A stretch of 64,000 nt of DNA from Peribolospora baueri (Eukaryota): NCBI GenBank assembly GCA_029717555.1, contig JAMDHS010000005.1:186001-250000 (forward strand), in the 5' to 3' direction. Position 1 is the stretch's first letter. Every line of letters begins with the position of its first letter. Shown here in pieces: positions 60,919 to 64,000 of this stretch. Position numbers and translations under genes: made by a program. The notes under the pieces were generated by a model that was not told where the DNA came from, made no database searches, and was given only the letters and a program-made list of their open reading frames with translations.

Positions 60919-63093
60919 TCACAGCTTGAGGCCAACGCCCTTGTCGCCACCGGCTGGCTCCCGACCACGAGCGGATAGCGTTTTTCCCGTCTTGTGATCC
61001 TCCTTTCCATTGCGCTTCTCCCCGTCTTTGCCGATGACCGTGACGCCCCTCTTTCCGACGAGCTTCTTAATCGCCTCCTCTTTCTCCTTCTTCTGCGCTC
61101 CCAATCCCTTCGCACCGAATCCACCCCGGCCCCCCGTTCCTCCGCCGACGTCGGCGCTCAGCTTTCCAGCCCGAAGCTTCTTCTCCGCCTCGATGCGGTC
61201 GTTGTTCCGTTTCTTCGCCTTGCGAACCTTTTGTCGAAGCGCTCGTTTCTCTCCCGGCGTCATCTCCGTCTTGGCCGCCGCTGCGGACAAGTCCGGATTG
61301 AAAACCTCCTCCGGAGCGAGCATCGTCGCTGCGGACGTCGAAGCCGGCAGAGCGGATTCCATAGAGATGGATGCAGTGTTGGAGATGGTCTTGATGGTTG
61401 CTTTGGGCTGAAGAGACGCAATAGGGGTCCACACAGCGTCAACACGATCGCCAGCTCGGGACAAGGGCAGCCTGCTTTGTTTCTTCGGCTCCACCCTCGT
61501 CCTGCCATACCATCCTTACTCACTGCTTTGGGCGTGAAATGAGCATTGCTCAAGCTATCCAGCTTGTAACAAAGGTTTTGCCAAACCGCCTCGATCTCTT
61601 CGTGTTCTTTCTGCAGCTTTCCGTCCCGATCGTCCATAGGCGCGGCGCCTCCAGCGGCCCGCTCTCGTTGAGCCGTATACTCGTCCTCGTACAGCTCGGC
61701 GAGCGACTTTGCGCTCTTTTCTTCCGAAAGCTCCAATAGGCGAGAGGGGAGGAAGGGCTTGGGGTCGAACGGACGTTTTCGGATGACGTCGTCGAAGTTG
61801 TCCTACGTTGATCCAAACCGTCGTGTTGTCACGCGTCAGCAACAAAGCGCTATACTTGATGACAGAATATCTACTCACATCCAGGATTCTTTGCTTAATT
61901 TTATCCTCCAAGCTTTGAGTGACCTCTTCCGTGACAGTGGGAGCGACCTTGGCAGTATGTTCGAACTCGAGGTCCTCCTCCAAAAGCGAGTTGACGGGCC
62001 GCGATCGGGTGCTGGCCTCTCCTCGCAGTGTCCAATCCTTTTTAGCCACGTTCTCTGCCTCCAGCTCTGCGATCTCAGCAGCGATGGCGCGTTGTCGTTT
62101 CTCGAATTTTGACAGCTCTTCCTCTGAATAACGGAGGAAAAACGACGAGGGTCGTTGGTCAAAGTCGGTCGGAACAGCAGAAGCAGAAAGCGAATCGGTT
62201 CATCAGGGCTCGCACTCACCTTCTTCCTTTCCGTCATCGTCGGCGAAAAGATCCCCAGCCACTCGAGTCGCAGTCTCTGCATTGCCCTCATAGCTGTCAT
62301 CATCGCTTCCACCATCTTCCATCTCCTCGTCCTCCTCCTCGTCCTCCTCCTCGTCCTCCTCCTCGTCCTCCTCCTCTTCAATCACATCCTCGTCCTCGTC
62401 CTCTTCCTCCTTCTCCTCCTCCTTCTCCTTCCCCTTAGAGACCGTCTTGGCAAAGCGAGCGCGCTTTCGGCCTGCGGCCTTGGCATAGGGCGGTGGGTCG
62501 AAAAATTCGGCGTAGGTGATCGCAGACGTATCGATGTCTTCGTCATCCTCCTGCTCATCAACATCTAGGAAAAAAGTCGCGAATGCGCAAAGTAAGATCG
62601 AGGCGGCGGTATGAAGAAAGACCAATACAAAAGTACCTTTAAAGAGATCGATATCGTTCTCCAAGTCCTCGTCTTCCTCGTCGCTGTTCATTCCCGATCC
62701 TTTACGAGCTCCTCGCGCCTCTTCTCGCTCAGTGTTCTCCGTGTCTTGGTTAAAATCATCGATGGAGAAGAACTGGTCGTCCAACTCAGGATGTCGAGGC
62801 CTGACCGAGTGGGCCGATAGCCAATGCGTCATTCATTGCTTTCATCGACGGTTGATCGCGTCTCGAGGGCTAAGAAAGACTCACCTGTTGGTACCTCCTT
62901 TGCTGCTCCCCTCTCCAGGCTCGTCAAGCTCGTCCAGTATGCTCCTCTTGGTCCCGCGGTGCGCCTTCAACGTTTTTTTTTGCTCCTCGTTGTCACCGAG
63001 GTCGCTTGCGACAGCTGACCCTTCGAAGTCGAGCTGCGAGTTGTCATCGGAGCCAATGTCCTCTTCTTCTTCGTAAGAAGTCTTTCGCGCCAT
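60919..63093 (-). CDS. MPP10: U3 snoRNP / SSU processome protein Mpp10, multi-exon
   Basis: Motifs LDDQFFSIDDFN, ITYAEFFDPP, KKDWTLRGEA..RPVNSLLEEDLEF, IKQRILD|DNFDDVIR, KSLAELYEDEY, KLDSLSNAHFTPK and MLAPEEV. Acidic tracts and C-terminal LKL. Confidence 0.93.
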
Positions 63094-63310
63094 GTCGTAC
63101 TACGAAAGGCTGTGGTGGTGGAGGGAGCCAGGAAGGATCTTCGGTTCTACCTTGCGCCTTGCTTCCTACAAATCTGAACGATCCTACGCGGCCCTGAAGA
63201 GAATTGCTGCGGCGCGCCACGTGGGACATCGTTCCTCGCCCCCGCCTTCCCTGCTCGTCCTGAGATTGAACAACCCTCGTTTCTCTGAGTCGTCCACGAC
63301 TGCACTCAAG
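63094..63310. promoter_or_regulatory. Compact divergent promoter shared by MPP10 and SRP68
   Basis: 217 bp lie between the head-to-head ATGs, with a CACGTG E-box near 63218. Confidence 0.55.
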
Positions 63311-64000
63311 ATGGAGCTCAACCTCAAGCAAGCGTCCAGCGATGGACCAAAGGTCTCCATTGCTGGTACGCGTATATTTCATGGTCTCTCACGACTGGAA
63401 GTGCGAATAAGCGATGGCTGACGAATTGGCCCATCTCCGGCGTCGGGCAGTTCTCGACCTGATCAACGAAGCCCGCAACACCTTCGGCTTGCGCACCCAA
63501 GACTATTTGCGTTACCGGTGAGCATATGATACGAAATGGACTTTCCAACACGCTGGAAATACTGACGTGTTTGAATGCCCGCTCTTGTAGGAAATACTGT
63601 ACTTCCAAAGTCCACCGTCTTCGTCAGATCACCGGTTTCACCCATGGCAAAGGCCAGTCGTTCAAGAAGCAGACAATCTCCCCTGACAGCGTCAAGGATG
63701 ACAAGTGAGGTCGACCTTCATTGCGGCTTGTTACATGCTCATGTGTTTACTAAATTTACCCGCCGCCGTCTGTTTTGCGCTCTCAGACCGCTCCAGCTTT
63801 TCCTTTTCGAAGCTGAGCGTGCATGGGCATATTCGCAGGAGCTCAGGACGGCGAGCTTTGAGAAAGGCTCTTCTTCTGACAAGCGCCATGGCATTTCCAA
63901 GCTCACTCGCGCCGCTCAATGGGCTTCTCGTCTCTCCGAGCTCACCTCCGTCCTTGCTGCCTCTGGTCGCTTGGACGCTCAATCTCGCGGCGAGGTCGCC
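63311..64000 (+). CDS. SRP68: Signal recognition particle subunit SRP68 (5' part, runs off the window)
   Basis: Exons 63311-63365, 63451-63517, 63591-63704 and 63787 onward splice to VLDLINEARNTFGLRTQDYLRYRKYCTSKVHRLRQ...LQLFLFEAERAWAYSQEL, the SRP68 RNA-binding-domain signature. Confidence 0.9.

Overview
This is a GC-rich, intron-containing fungal window. GTGAGT/GTGCGT donors, CTGAC branch sites and the gene set point to a basidiomycete; I cannot identify the species. I can support 14 protein-coding genes, with exon structures inferred by eye: FUN14, YOS9, a GPI-type GH79, a GT31, SIP5, KHA1, a conserved unknown protein, a 7-TM DUF6534-like protein, BRE2/ASH2, a Swi5/Ace2-type zinc-finger factor, a large class-3 lipase, an SDR, MPP10 and the 5' part of SRP68. 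There is also a decayed, truncated Ty1/Copia element with an internal 267-bp gag duplication, a TIR-flanked MITE-like insert and a second transposon-end-like segment. No tRNA, rRNA or CRISPR is evident. The best novelty candidate is the gene at 26.8-30.7 kb. It appears to start at a GUG after a long AUG-free leader and combines a charged/aromatic domain I cannot name with a CADG/Ig-like module. The DUF6534-like gene has a start codon that is created only by splicing (A|TG). No database searches were run, so all homology calls rest on recalled family motifs.
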